Shown here: piece after piece, positions 1 through 20,894 of the stretch
Position numbering within the stretch: the first letter of the stretch is position 1
Layout: the number at the start of each line of letters is the position of its first letter
Assembly: GCA_964270895.1 (NCBI GenBank)
Contig: OZ185441.1
From: Podarcis filfolensis
Taxonomy: Eukaryota
Length of the DNA: 64,000 nucleotides
Strand: one strand, 5' to 3'
The notes under the pieces: generated by a model
The model's input: the letters and a program-made list of their open reading frames with translations, nothing else
Databases searched by the model: none
Told to the model about the DNA's origin: nothing
Translations under genes and position numbers: made by a program

Positions 1-1734
1 GCCCTGTCTTAGAATAGTCTCTCTCTCTCCACCTTGACAGCTATTAGAGAATCAATACAGGTAATATGTCAGGCAGTGGTCAGCACTCATGTAAACAGTA
101 AGGTAAGGCTGAAATGGAAACTGACAGGTAGCCACTTAGAGAGAGTCTGTGGGTCAAACACGTTGAAAAGTGAAGCTCCTCGAGGGAGAGCCAGCAGCAG
201 CCTGCCCCAGGATTGGATGGATGGCACAAAGGCCAGACACCTATAAAACCCCACTGTATTTTCCCCTTGAACCCTGGGGGCAGTGGAGGGGAATGGCCTG
301 AAGTCCAAGGAGCTATTGGGGACTCGTCATGTAACATGGATTTTAGAAGGGTTTTTAGAATGCATCTGGGCCGATTCCAGTTCAAGAGACATAATCTGAA
401 ATAGTTGGGGAAATTATCCTGTGTCTTGTTACTTAATTTTAATCTTAGCCCATGATCTTTTGAGGTTGCTGCTTCTGGCTATACCTTTGCTATCACTTTT
501 GATTAGCTGCTTTGCTATCACACAGGGTAGGCCACTTATTATCCCCACTTAACAGTCAGGGATAGGAGACTTAGCAAAGTGATGGAGCCATGGCTAAGGT
601 AGGACTCAAACTTAGATCTTCCAGATTCAAGTTGAGCAGCTCCGTCAGCATCCAAGCTAAAGCCCCCTTCACAAACACAGTGTGTGGGGGAGTCACTTCC
701 ATGTGGTGCAATCCCAAGCTGCTGGGGAGCTTTTATATGCAATGCTAAAGTGTAATAAGAGACTAGAACACAACCTTAGTGACACATATGCATAGCACCT
801 GGGAGATGTTTGCCTGCTACATATGAAATCCTGCTCTTCCTCCAAGCAGCACAGGGCATTTCGTCCTCATAACCCCACTTAAGTTAATAAGAGACACAAA
901 GAATGACTTGCACGAGGCAGAGGCAGCTTTAGGGCAGTGCAACCAGTTCCTCTGCACTCATTGCTGAGCCTAGGGGGCACCGCAGAGCATTGCAACTATG
1001 ACATAGTGAATTGAGCAGAACAAAAGGCATGAAGCGGAGGGGCGCCAGATTTTTGCCTCATAGAGGGTGCTGCTGAAAGACCAAACTCCATCTCTGCACA
1101 AGGAGAGCTCCATAGCTAAGCAGGCAATAGAAATGGAGCCACCTACTCCAAAGTAAAACTCTAACCATTGTTCTGTATTGGCTTTCTGGCAAGAAGACTG
1201 CTAAGAACCTGGCTTTCAACTTTATGCCAGCAGAGCAGGGACTTGCAACTTAAAAACAGCCACCAAGGAATCATTTTTCAGAATAATGGACTGTGAGAAG
1301 GGTCCATACTAAGGGGAAATAGCTGTGCCTAGTAAGTGGGGTTTGTGTTTGGCATTAGTAATGCAACTGCTTGCATTAGTAGCTGATTTAATTTTTTTTT
1401 TTTTTTTTTTGCAAATTTAACAAGAAAAAGGAAACGAAAAAACATGGGGGGATTAAAGGAAAGGAAAAAAGAAAGAAAAAAAATGATACACAAAGAATAA
1501 TAATATCAACAGTAAAAAAAAGCCACCATCGGTATACGTTGTAGATACAGTGACCATCAGTCACTTATCAGTCATTTATTCTAAAAAATAAAATTCACCT
1601 CCAAACTTCTCCATTGCTACCTCGCAGTTCAGTGTTATGCTTGGAGCATAGTGCTCCTAATGTGAAAGCCTTGGGCTCACCAGGCATCAATAGAAGGCTG
1701 TGGGTTGTCCTTCCTTTTCTTTTCTAATAGGCTC

Positions 1735-1890
1735 TAGCCATAACTCAGTAGGAAAGCTTTGCATGAAGAAGGTTGCAGGTTCAATTCCTGGTATCTGCAG
1801 GTAGGACTGGGAAAGACCCCTTTAAGAAAGAGCAGTGGCCAGTCAGCGTAGAGACTAATGGTCCAACTCAGTCTAAGACAGCTTTCTATG
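1735..1890 (+). mobile_element. tRNA-derived squamate SINE (Squam3-like)
   Basis: A-box-like TAACTCAGTAGG, B-box-like GGTTCAATTCC, body GGTAGGACTGGGAAAGACCC...CCAGTCAGCGTAGA...TAAGACAGCTTTCTATG. Confidence 0.65.
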
Positions 1891-4800
1891 AGTTAGCGTA
1901 AACTGCAAGGTGGCCAGTTATGCATCACCAAAAGACATACACAGAAAAGAGGACAAAAACTGCCCTGTGGGAAGAATTCTGAAAGAGAGGGCTGGAGGTG
2001 AAGACCACCTCTGAGGGACTGGTCCAGCTGCACTCTCCTTCCCACAGGGTGATCTTCCACCAACTGTCCTGTGGAAATGATTCCAATGAGTTTTTAAGAG
2101 GTTACCGTAATATTGTTTATTATGCTTACAAACTATGTAATTGAATGTTACTTGTAAGCTCCCTTGGTAGAGTTTACATCATGAAAGGCAGGATCTAACT
2201 AACTGTAATAATAAAAGACAGATTTGCATATGCTAATTTCTTTGATTAACCCATTTATAAATCTTCTAAATAAGTGCATAGGTGCAAATTCAGGAATAAT
2301 TTATTATAATTTCAACAGAAACGCAATGCATCCTGCCATAGTGGAGAAGACCAAAACCTGGTGACCTGCATGCCTGCTCAGTCTGTTGCCCAGCTGATGA
2401 AAGAGCCATAAGTGGCCCATCTGTGTTTTATCTTTAAACCTTGGGCTAGACCTCTCAGGATCTTTCAAGCACAGGACTGCCCTCTAAAGTTGGTATCTTT
2501 TTTATGTAACATGAGGCAGGTTTGCTACAGCCCTTCAAAAGGAGACACACGGTAACCCTGGGGACTAGGAGGGCTATGCAGAGACTGTGGCACATAGTCC
2601 GACAATTTAGATCACACTTTTTTCTCCACTTGCTGTGTTCATGGAAATGTCCGCACCTTCTTGCGCCTCATTCAAATTAGTATTTCCTCAAACAGCCCCA
2701 TAAATGGGGGTAGGGAAGAGAATGGCTCCTCTCCCTACGTCCAACCAACCCTTCAGAATCCACCATCTGAGAATACTGGTCTCTTCCAACACCAGAGTTG
2801 GGAGGCACACTGGGTAGAATGATTTTCCTGGTTTAATGAACAGTTTGGTTTAATCAATATTTGCTTGCTGCATTATCTGTAGCTCACTAATCTCTTGGCT
2901 GCTTTCTGCCATTCCATGGGGAGAAGCAACTCTCCTCCTTTTATTCTCTTCTCCACCCCACCCCATTTAGTACAGTAGAACAAGAGCTATTGGCGGGGGG
3001 GGAGGGGCAGGGAAAGAGGATGAAAACATCTGAACATTTGGTGTCATGCTGGACTCAGCTAAAGGGCAGCAGATGTCACTGGGGTGGCTTTTGTTGTGCT
3101 GCAAGTGGCCAGCCTGAGCTTTAAGGGCCATATTACTGTTTTAGCTGCTCTATTGTCATTCATGTTTCAGGGAGACAATCCCCATCCCATCCCTGTTTAA
3201 GATCCCAACAAAACATCTGAGATTGCCAGAAGCCTCTGCAGCTTGTGCTTAGATCACTTCTTGTTTTACATTTAAAATACTCTTGTGGGCAGAATGCAAA
3301 ACAGTGAAAATAAGTTCTTTTTCTACAGGTTTGTTTAGGAAGCTTCCCTTGCTGTGTAACCCAACCATTTATAGGATATCAATCTTATATTTCATGACAT
3401 GTTTCATGGTTTTTGGAGTTTGCATGGATGGCTTTATTTCTTTATAAAGTTTGTTGAATAAATTTTATTATTCTTAAAGAGTTTTGTTTTGTTTTTACCT
3501 GTAAACTGCTTCAGTGGTCTTTATATACCAGGAAGTAGTCTATAAATTTGTATAATGATAATGATAATTGGAATAGTTTCACTGTGATGACTTTCTCCTG
3601 GAACTTGTGCAGTACTTTTCTTCAATGGATCAACAGATCGAAGAAAGATATTCAACACCTCAAATTGAGAATGATGTGGAAATATGCCTACATTCAGGTT
3701 TTCCAGAGATAAATCAATGATAAATGTGTATTATCCAGCATTTTATTACAATCTATTCTCCTCTTGGCCTTTGGAGCATCTAATATTTGCAAGCTGGCAA
3801 ACAAAAAGAGTGGCTTCAAATTTGAGCTACCTCTGAGTCAGTGCTGAACTGTACACTAATGGGTGACTGACCAACAACATCTGTTGGGGGGGAGAGAATC
3901 AGCTGCAAGGATACTTGTGCACTAACATTCCCACTAAAAATGAAAGCAGAAAAGTGAGGACAGACATCTGAGCTAACCACAGATTCAGCCATTATTATTA
4001 CACTTAATTTTTGGTCCCCTCTTGACTTTCCCATACAATGTTCTTTGAATTATGGAGGAAGTGGTAAATGGGCCCTTTATAAAATCTTTCTTAGACAGAA
4101 GTTTGATAATTAAGGTGTAGACAATGCTGTTCACTGGGCTGCTGTCAGGGCAAACTGGTTTTAAATGTGTTTTGAGGTATTTTAATTATTGTTTGCAACT
4201 AGCTTGTTTTATTACTTTATTTTTTGTGCTGTTTTAAAATATTATAAGCCATCTTGAATTCCAGTTTGGGGAAAAGAAGGGATATAAATCTATTAAATTT
4301 AAAAATTAATTAAGTGTAACCCTGATATCTCCCAATTTAACTCAACTAATTGCACACACAAACACTCCTCCTTTAAAGATGTAGCTAAAGAGGCCATCAC
4401 CACTCTGAGGCTGTTGTTTTTTAACAATCAAAAAGTATAAATTCTATGAAATAAATAAAATAGACAGGGTCCCCTCCTGCTTCCTTATATATTGTGTCCA
4501 TTTCTGCAGCTGCTTCTTTCCATTTGTTCCAATGCAATTCCCTGTTCTGCTTTAGGGTTATGTTTGGATACTGCTTGAACAAAGAAGAAAAACTGAAAAC
4601 CATCTTGTCTAAAACAGCTAGATATATCTCACATATACACACTTTACAAGAGCTTATACATACACACCTTAGTTTCTGTATACTGTACAAGATGGGTACT
4701 GAATGGGCATGAATCAAAAGCTACCTTTTTAAAAGGTTGATGTGTTTACGTCAAAAAGTATGGTAAGAATTAATTTAAGGAGGAACATCTAAAACATACA

Positions 4801-5017
4801 CTTGGAGCAAGTCCCCTGGGCTGTGAAAGGACAAACAGATTACCGGTACTTCAGGTGCTTCTGCATTACCTAGTGATAAATTTAGCTATAAGCTGTTAAA
4901 TTCAAAGAAGAATCCCAATCCTTTGAGGAAAATACTAGAGGAATCGGCTTACCATAAGTTACCCTTTTTCCTGTTATGAATATTCTGTCTCCAATAGAAC
5001 AAGGAGTATTTCCTAAT

Positions 5018-5170
5018 AGTAAATTCTAAAAATTGTAATTTACAGTGACCCTTAGAATTTACTGTTTGCTTTGGCTTTAAACTGGCTTAATCTCTAACTG
5101 AAAGTTTTCTTAAAAATTGTAATTTAAAGTGACTCTTAGAGATCAAGCCAGTTTAAAGCAAAAACAGTAA
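5018..5170. repeat. Nested direct and inverted repeat cluster
   Basis: 12-bp perfect IR 5018-5029/5052-5063; 24-bp IR (1 mismatch) 5074-5097/5136-5159; 30-bp direct repeat (28/30) 5027-5056/5111-5140. Confidence 0.9.
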
Positions 5171-6279
5171 GAATGCATGCAACACACATCTATCTTGTAC
5201 AAACAATAATTAAAGTTTATACATGGGGAGTTGATTACGATTGTCATTTCTTTTTCCCAGTTTCCTCATTTCAACAGAGAACACACATTCTTCTATTTTA
5301 AATTCTGCTTAAATCAAAAACATTGTTGGAAGAGGCCTCTTTAACTGAAGAGACTTCTCACACTGAAGAACATCTAGAGAGCTGTCGCTTCTTGCCAGGA
5401 ACAATTAAAACTTGCTTCGACAAAGCTTCTGCCTGATCGGTCCATGGAGCTGTCCAGGGTACTTGTTTCAGTCCTGAACTAATGTCATAATTGTTCATGA
5501 TGCATAACTGGTCAGTGTGTTTGAGGGTTTTCAAGTTATTTCTGCAGTCTGGTTCTAGGGAAAATGTATGTCATGACTCTGGGCCTACTGATAGCAAATA
5601 AAAGACTAGGTAGCTAATTAGTTTTTAAATAAAATTTATTTTTATCCCACTCTTCTACATCAAGCATTCAGGACATTTCACAAGTAAAAAACACAAATCA
5701 AACATAGAAATTAGAACAGAAGCAACACACAAAAAGTAGAACAGAATAGTGTCAGAACAAAACATTGAACAGATGGGCTATATGCCAGAATGTGGGGACG
5801 CTCAAGACAGATTCAGTAATCACGCAGACTGGTTGGAAAGGAGACAGAACAAGTAGTACATAGGTCCTAAACTAGGAGTGGGCAGACTTCAGGTTTGTTG
5901 GAACTACTTTGTTTTTTAGTAGAACCCCAAAATTTACTAGCAAGAGCCAGACTAAACCTTATAAGTAAAAAAGAGGGGGAAGGTGCCTCTGAGTACATTC
6001 TGAGCCTAGGCATTTTTTTTCAGTAGCAGAACTGAACTTTATTCATCGTCTTCATATTATTTCTGCGTAGCTCTCTTTATTTGGCAGTCTAATTCAGGTG
6101 GGGAAGGTCATTTTGTTAGTGGTGCCAATGTTCAAACAAATTGGGAGTCAGAAATCCTTGCAGATCTACTGAAAAACACTTCAAGATCTATCAGATGATC
6201 CAGAACTATCTTCAGCTTACCCCAAACCATGTAGGGAAAGTTGAAAGGAAAGTACAAATTGAGCTCAGTTGGAAACATT

Positions 6280-6430
6280 TAAGCACTAGCAAGCTATGAC
6301 CCCCAATGCCAGGTCCCAATCAGCAGCCCAGCAACTGTGCTCTGAACTAACTACAGTATCAAAATTCAAAATCTTTTCCAAGGGCTGCACCACATACAGC
6401 AGATCATTACATCCGAGGTCCCCAAGGTTC
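6280..6430 (-). mobile_element. Old L2 ORF2 fragment
   Basis: The minus strand reads CNDLLYVVQPLEKI...LVQSTVAGLLIG, resembling L2 [11 protein letters not shown]...LVQNAAARLLTG. Confidence 0.45.
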
Positions 6431-8518
6431 TTAATGCCACAGCTTACATCACATCTGTTCAAATATTACGAAACATAGAGAAACATGCAAATTCAAGAAA
6501 CAAAGCTAAAACACAACTCTAGCCATTCAATCTTCCACGTACTCCACAAATCTTAACATTCATGTAAAGAACTTTTTTTGTATATTTTATGCTTACAGGA
6601 TTTTATTTTACCCACCAAAACAAGACAGACATCATTTTGAGCAGCAATAATAAATAGATCAGTGCAAATCACTAACATTTGTATACCCAAATGTAAAATT
6701 ACATTTAACTTCCAACAGCAACACACAGTCACACCGTATTTAAAGAGTAAGGCAACTCTCAAACCATAATCACAAACATTCCGGCCCATATTTCTTATAC
6801 TTATGCGCAAAGCCTATTAAAAATACAATTTGCTGTAAATTATGTTTGAACAATACTTCATAAACTTTGTATTTCCTTTCCCACTTCAAGAGTGCCAATA
6901 AGCTATTGTTTCAAAGTGTTGCCTCAGTATTAAGCACGGGATGAATTTTGAGATTTGTTAAAGAAAATTGGGCACATTTTCAAAAATTAAATAGTGTAAT
7001 TCTAAAAAGAAATATACCTGCTGGTGTGTTGCCACTCCGTTCTCCAGCAATGAGCTGGTGGATGCCCTAGGTGACAAATGGGCTGGCACACTGGACAGGA
7101 AGGGAGGTGGGCAATAGCTTAGAGCCCAAAGGAGATCATCCTTGACATAGAGCCAACAAGTGTCCAAGCAGACAGGTAAGGGGCAGCAAGTTAACAGATG
7201 AGTGAATGGCTGGCAGCTAGTAACACCACAACTAGCCTTTTTGTGAGTAACTGTAATAAGAATAGAACAGGATTGGAAGTGATTTTAGCAATTCTCCCTC
7301 CCTATGCAACCACCCCATTTCCTCCAGTGAAGATTTGGGGGGGTGCAGAGAGCAGGGGAAATTGCTGAAAACTGCTTCCTTCCCTGTTCCGCTGACAGAA
7401 GGCTTAACATCCACTGAGCAACACCACTGAATACAAACCAATACCCCTAGTAACACATTCACAAACTTTTCAAATTCTAGCAGCACAAAAGCATAGAAAT
7501 GAGCCAGCGAAAATTACATACATTCTCTTTTTAAAAATTGACAGCAAATACAATGTATTGGAAGTGCAGAAATATTTGCCATAATTAAACATTGTGTTTT
7601 AATTTGGCGTCGGTGGTTACTAAAATGTCTTTGGCATCTCAGGATCAAATTTTCTGGATTCTTCTGGGTAATCTCCATCTCAGTAGTTTTTTGCCCTAGC
7701 GCTCCCCTGAAACCAGGCCCTCTCCTCAGGTGATCAGGAGAACCTGGTTTTCATTTCCACCTTTCACAATGCAGGGAAAAAGAAAGTTCTCCCCACCCCT
7801 TAGCCAAAGGGGGTGGAAGGTCATTTTCACACCACCACATCTTATAAGATCCAATCAACTGATGGGCCATCTCCCATTGCAATGTGTTGGGAAGGGTGTG
7901 CAAGTGTGTTGAAAAACCTCCCTCCCTAACACACTGTGATGGGGTTGAAAACTGCTGCTTCCTGAGCTGATTACAGTGGGATCAGTCAAGGAATGGCTGG
8001 TTTTCATCCCCACTGCAATGTTAAGAGTGTTGTCTAAAGCCCTCGTTCCATTTACTCAACGATTTATGCTTGCACAATGGAACTTTCCCCTTCTCCTCCT
8101 CCCCAATTTGTTCAAGAATTAGGAGAACCCCCATAAAAGATTGGCGGGCATGCGTAGGGAAGAGGGGAGAGTTCTGTTGCACGAGCAGAAATTTTGCACT
8201 AGGGGAATGAATGACTTAGCACTGCTCAGCTGTTTTGCACAAATCAGCTGAAAGGGTGGGGGCTGAGAATGGGGGAGTGATTGGTGTGTGTGTTTTGAGC
8301 AGGGCAGAAAATAGTGTGGCACCACTTTGGCCCTCAGAGCATGAGGATAGGTTCCTCACGCCTGTACTAATGGGTGAAGATCACATCCTGAGCAGTTGTA
8401 TGTAGTTGTATCTCTCATTATCTCTATTGGGTGGGTAGTGCTACATTAAAACCAACACATTACAGAAAATGCCAAACAGATGTCCAAATGGTTTGCAACC
8501 TATTCGTTAGCTTTCTGG

Positions 8519-18236
<9,718 letters not shown>

Positions 18237-18309
18237 TGTGGCCAGAGAGCTGAGGGAACGGAGGAAGGGCAACTTTTCCTCAGGCACAGTGGAGCTGAGG
18301 TTGCCTCAG

Positions 18310-18393
18310 CTACTGTCAAGTTTCCGTCCCCGGAGCCTTATATAAGGCCTCCTGATCACTTCCCCGTCAGGGAAACGCTCTCCGCCCTATTGT
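18310..18393 (-). promoter_or_regulatory. PRDM14 core promoter: TATA box (TATATAAG from 18344), Inr-like CA+1GT at about 18314, GC box 18382-18387, SOX-type ACAAT 18389-18393
   Basis: TATA-to-Inr spacing is exactly 30 nt, and the site lies 78 nt upstream of a Kozak ATG and a GT-AG intron inside a CpG island. Confidence 0.65.
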
Positions 18394-19491
18394 CCCGAGA
18401 CCCTTTCATAAGCCCCCCACCCACAGAGGACTCTCCCGGAGGGTCGTCATCTGTGGGGTGTGGCGGGAACACCCAAAGCGAACACGAGGGGCTAATACGA
18501 GGCAAATGGACACGAAACAACAGGAGCCCCAGCTGTGACAAGTCCAGGAACGCTTCCCGCACCGAGGAAGGGAGCGCCAGTTATCGACAGAATACAGATA
18601 AACAACCATATCTTAATCCTAAGCATGGCTTCTCAGAAGTAAGCCTCGCCGAGTTCAATGGGCCTTACTCCCAGGTGTATCGGGGTCGCGACCTTCTTCC
18701 CGCCATCTCCCCTCGAGCTTCGCTTTTTGGCGGGCTTCTGGTCTGTCACTCTCCTTGCTCGCAGCCTGAACCTTTCCTCAGGTGTCCAAGTGGATTCGTG
18801 AACCTACCGATTCTACATGAGAATGTGGGGTGCTTTGGGGGGGAGCCCCATCCCCATGGATTAGGGAGACTTTCTTCCGAGGGGACCAGAGAGCAATATT
18901 AACCTTCGTGCGAAAAACGGGCTTGAAATCCATCCCGGGACACCTTTCATCATCGCGCCATTTCCACAAAAACAGACCCGCCACACCGTCCTCTTAATGA
19001 TTGCCATCTGCAGGGTGGTTTTAAACCACCTTCCTAAATTCCAGCCCTTCACCATTTACAGTGCTTGGGAGCCAGAAACATTCAAAATAAATCACTGGGG
19101 GGAGGGGATGTATTTAACTCCAAGTAATAAAAAATCTCCCCATGCTGCTTTTCATGGGGTAGAATAAGTAAGGGGAGAAAATGCCTGTCAGTGTTCATTT
19201 TTTAGTTTCCCATATCATGCTAGGCTTATTTCTGAATAAAGCTGCCTAAGATGAGGCTGTAAACGCATCTTGGAAGAGTAAGCTCCTTTGAACTCGGATG
19301 GAGCTACTCGCGAGCAACTCTCCTAGGGACTGCACTGGAAGGGATCTGTGACTTTGGGAAAGCTCTGATCCAGGGAAGCGGCGCTTCGCGGTGTTGCTCC
19401 CGCAGGTCTCGTCGCCCTGACGGTGCTCCCTTTCCGCCAAACCTCGAGGAGCGCCTCCGCAAGCAGCTCTCGCAGAGGCGGCGCTCCCCAC

Positions 19492-19541
19492 CATAGCTGT
19501 CAAGGATTCCTCGCAAGAAAAGGGAAAAGTTGACAGCTATG
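19492..19541. mobile_element. 50-bp internally deleted hAT MITE
   Basis: TIRs CATAGCTGTCAA...TTGACAGCTATG; perfect 8-bp TSD CTCCCCAC (19484-19491, 19542-19549). Confidence 0.9.
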
Positions 19542-20420
19542 CTCCCCACTCGGGGGCTCCTCCTGCACCTTCCATGGCTGGCCAGAACCAGCTGAAATGC
19601 CCCCTTCCGCAGCCGCCCCACCTCCTGAAAGACGTCGGGTTGTGCACAGAGGAGGCCCTCCTGCGCTGCGATCCTGAAAACCCTTTCTTCTCTGGGAGAT
19701 AAGTCCCATTGAGCTCCACGGCAGGGGCGCCCTTCTGGGAATGAATAAGCCAAACAGAGTCACTAAAAAGCGAGGGATGCTATTCAGAATCCATGCGGGG
19801 AAAGTTATCTCTGCCTATGAAATAAAAATGACTCCAGGGACCAGCGGTGGGTTAAAGACTCCTTGACGCTCCCTACTTAACCATCAGCCAGATCTTTACA
19901 GGGACTTGTGGTCCACGTCTGGGATCTGGCCCACTGCGGTAGCAGGGCTTGCTGTCCTCCCAGAACCTCCCTGCTTTCTTGCCCTAGAGACCCAGGACCG
20001 GTGTCGCCTCGGGGAGGCTGGCGTCGCCAGCCCAGCCACCTCCTCTTAGGAAGTGAGGGTCCCAGCACCAGTCCTACCCGTCAGATCTGGCTCTCCATCG
20101 CCGGCAAGGGACAGAGGGGACCGAGCGCTTCCTACTCCACTTAAGCAACGAGCACCCTCCCAAGGGCAGAGGCGGGCCCTCCTAGGGCAGATCTGCCCCG
20201 GCTGGCCGGCGGGCTCGAGTGGGAGGCAGGCGAGACGCCTTGGACTAAGGATCGGTCCTGGCGCCGCAGCTAAAGTCGAAATACTCGTCCCAAACACCTG
20301 CAGAAAGCAGCATCCCTTTCTCTCCTAGTAATTCTGCTGGCAAAAGTGATCTGGCGCTCGCTCTAGAACTGGAGTCACTCCGGTTTTCTTTGGGAGGCAT
20401 CTACCCTAGCAGGTGTTTGG

Positions 20421-20511
20421 CATAGCTGTCAACTTTTCCCTTTTGTCGCGAGGAATCCTATTCGGAATAAGGGAATTTCCCTTAAAAAAGGGAGAAACGT
20501 TGACAGCTATG
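20421..20511. mobile_element. 91-bp hAT MITE, same family as 19492-19541, opposite orientation
   Basis: Perfect 13-bp TIR CATAGCTGTCAAC...GTTGACAGCTATG; perfect 8-bp TSD GTGTTTGG (20413-20420, 20512-20519). Confidence 0.92.
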
Positions 20512-20860
20512 GTGTTTGGACGCTCCCGCTCCCCGGCAACGTCAGAGGCTCCCGGGATGGAAGGCAGCCAGGCAAGGAAGGGAAGTTTGCTGCCCGCAGC
20601 TGCTACTCACTCCGGAGTTGTTCAACTTGCTCTGCGCTCCTCGCAGGGCCCGGACGGTTCTTCTGGCCGCCCCTCGACGCGGCGCCTACCAGAAGCGGCC
20701 TCTTAAGGAAGACCCACGTGTGCCTTGCGGGCAGATGGTGCTCCAAGGATGCTTGCCGAGAGGAGGCGGGCGGAGAGATGCAAGTCTCTCTCCGACCACC
20801 ACCTTCGCCCGCCTCCTTAGACGGCACCAGCTATTGGTCAAAGACCGGCTTGCTTAGTGG

Positions 20861-20894
20861 GGAGGAGGAGGAGGAGGAGGAGGAGGAGGAGGAG
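20861..20894. repeat. (GGA)11 microsatellite
   Basis: Seen directly. Confidence 0.95.

Noticed and set aside
1735-1800. tRNA-like A/B boxes
   Set aside because: No cloverleaf; it is the head of a tRNA-derived SINE.
6485-6505. Octamer ATGCAAAT with a nearby AACAAAG
   Set aside because: Spacing and orientation do not fit the OCT-SOX composite, and a few isolated octamers are expected by chance in 64 kb.
6958-7175. Exon-like signals on both strands downstream of PRDM14
   Set aside because: The plus-strand segment has stops in all three frames and the minus-strand peptide resembles nothing I recognise.
20078-20297. Possible upstream non-coding PRDM14 exon (TTTCTGCAG| ... CGG|GTAGGA on the minus strand)
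   Set aside because: Short pyrimidine tract, no linked promoter, and the TATA/Inr at 18344/18314 already explains the gene start.
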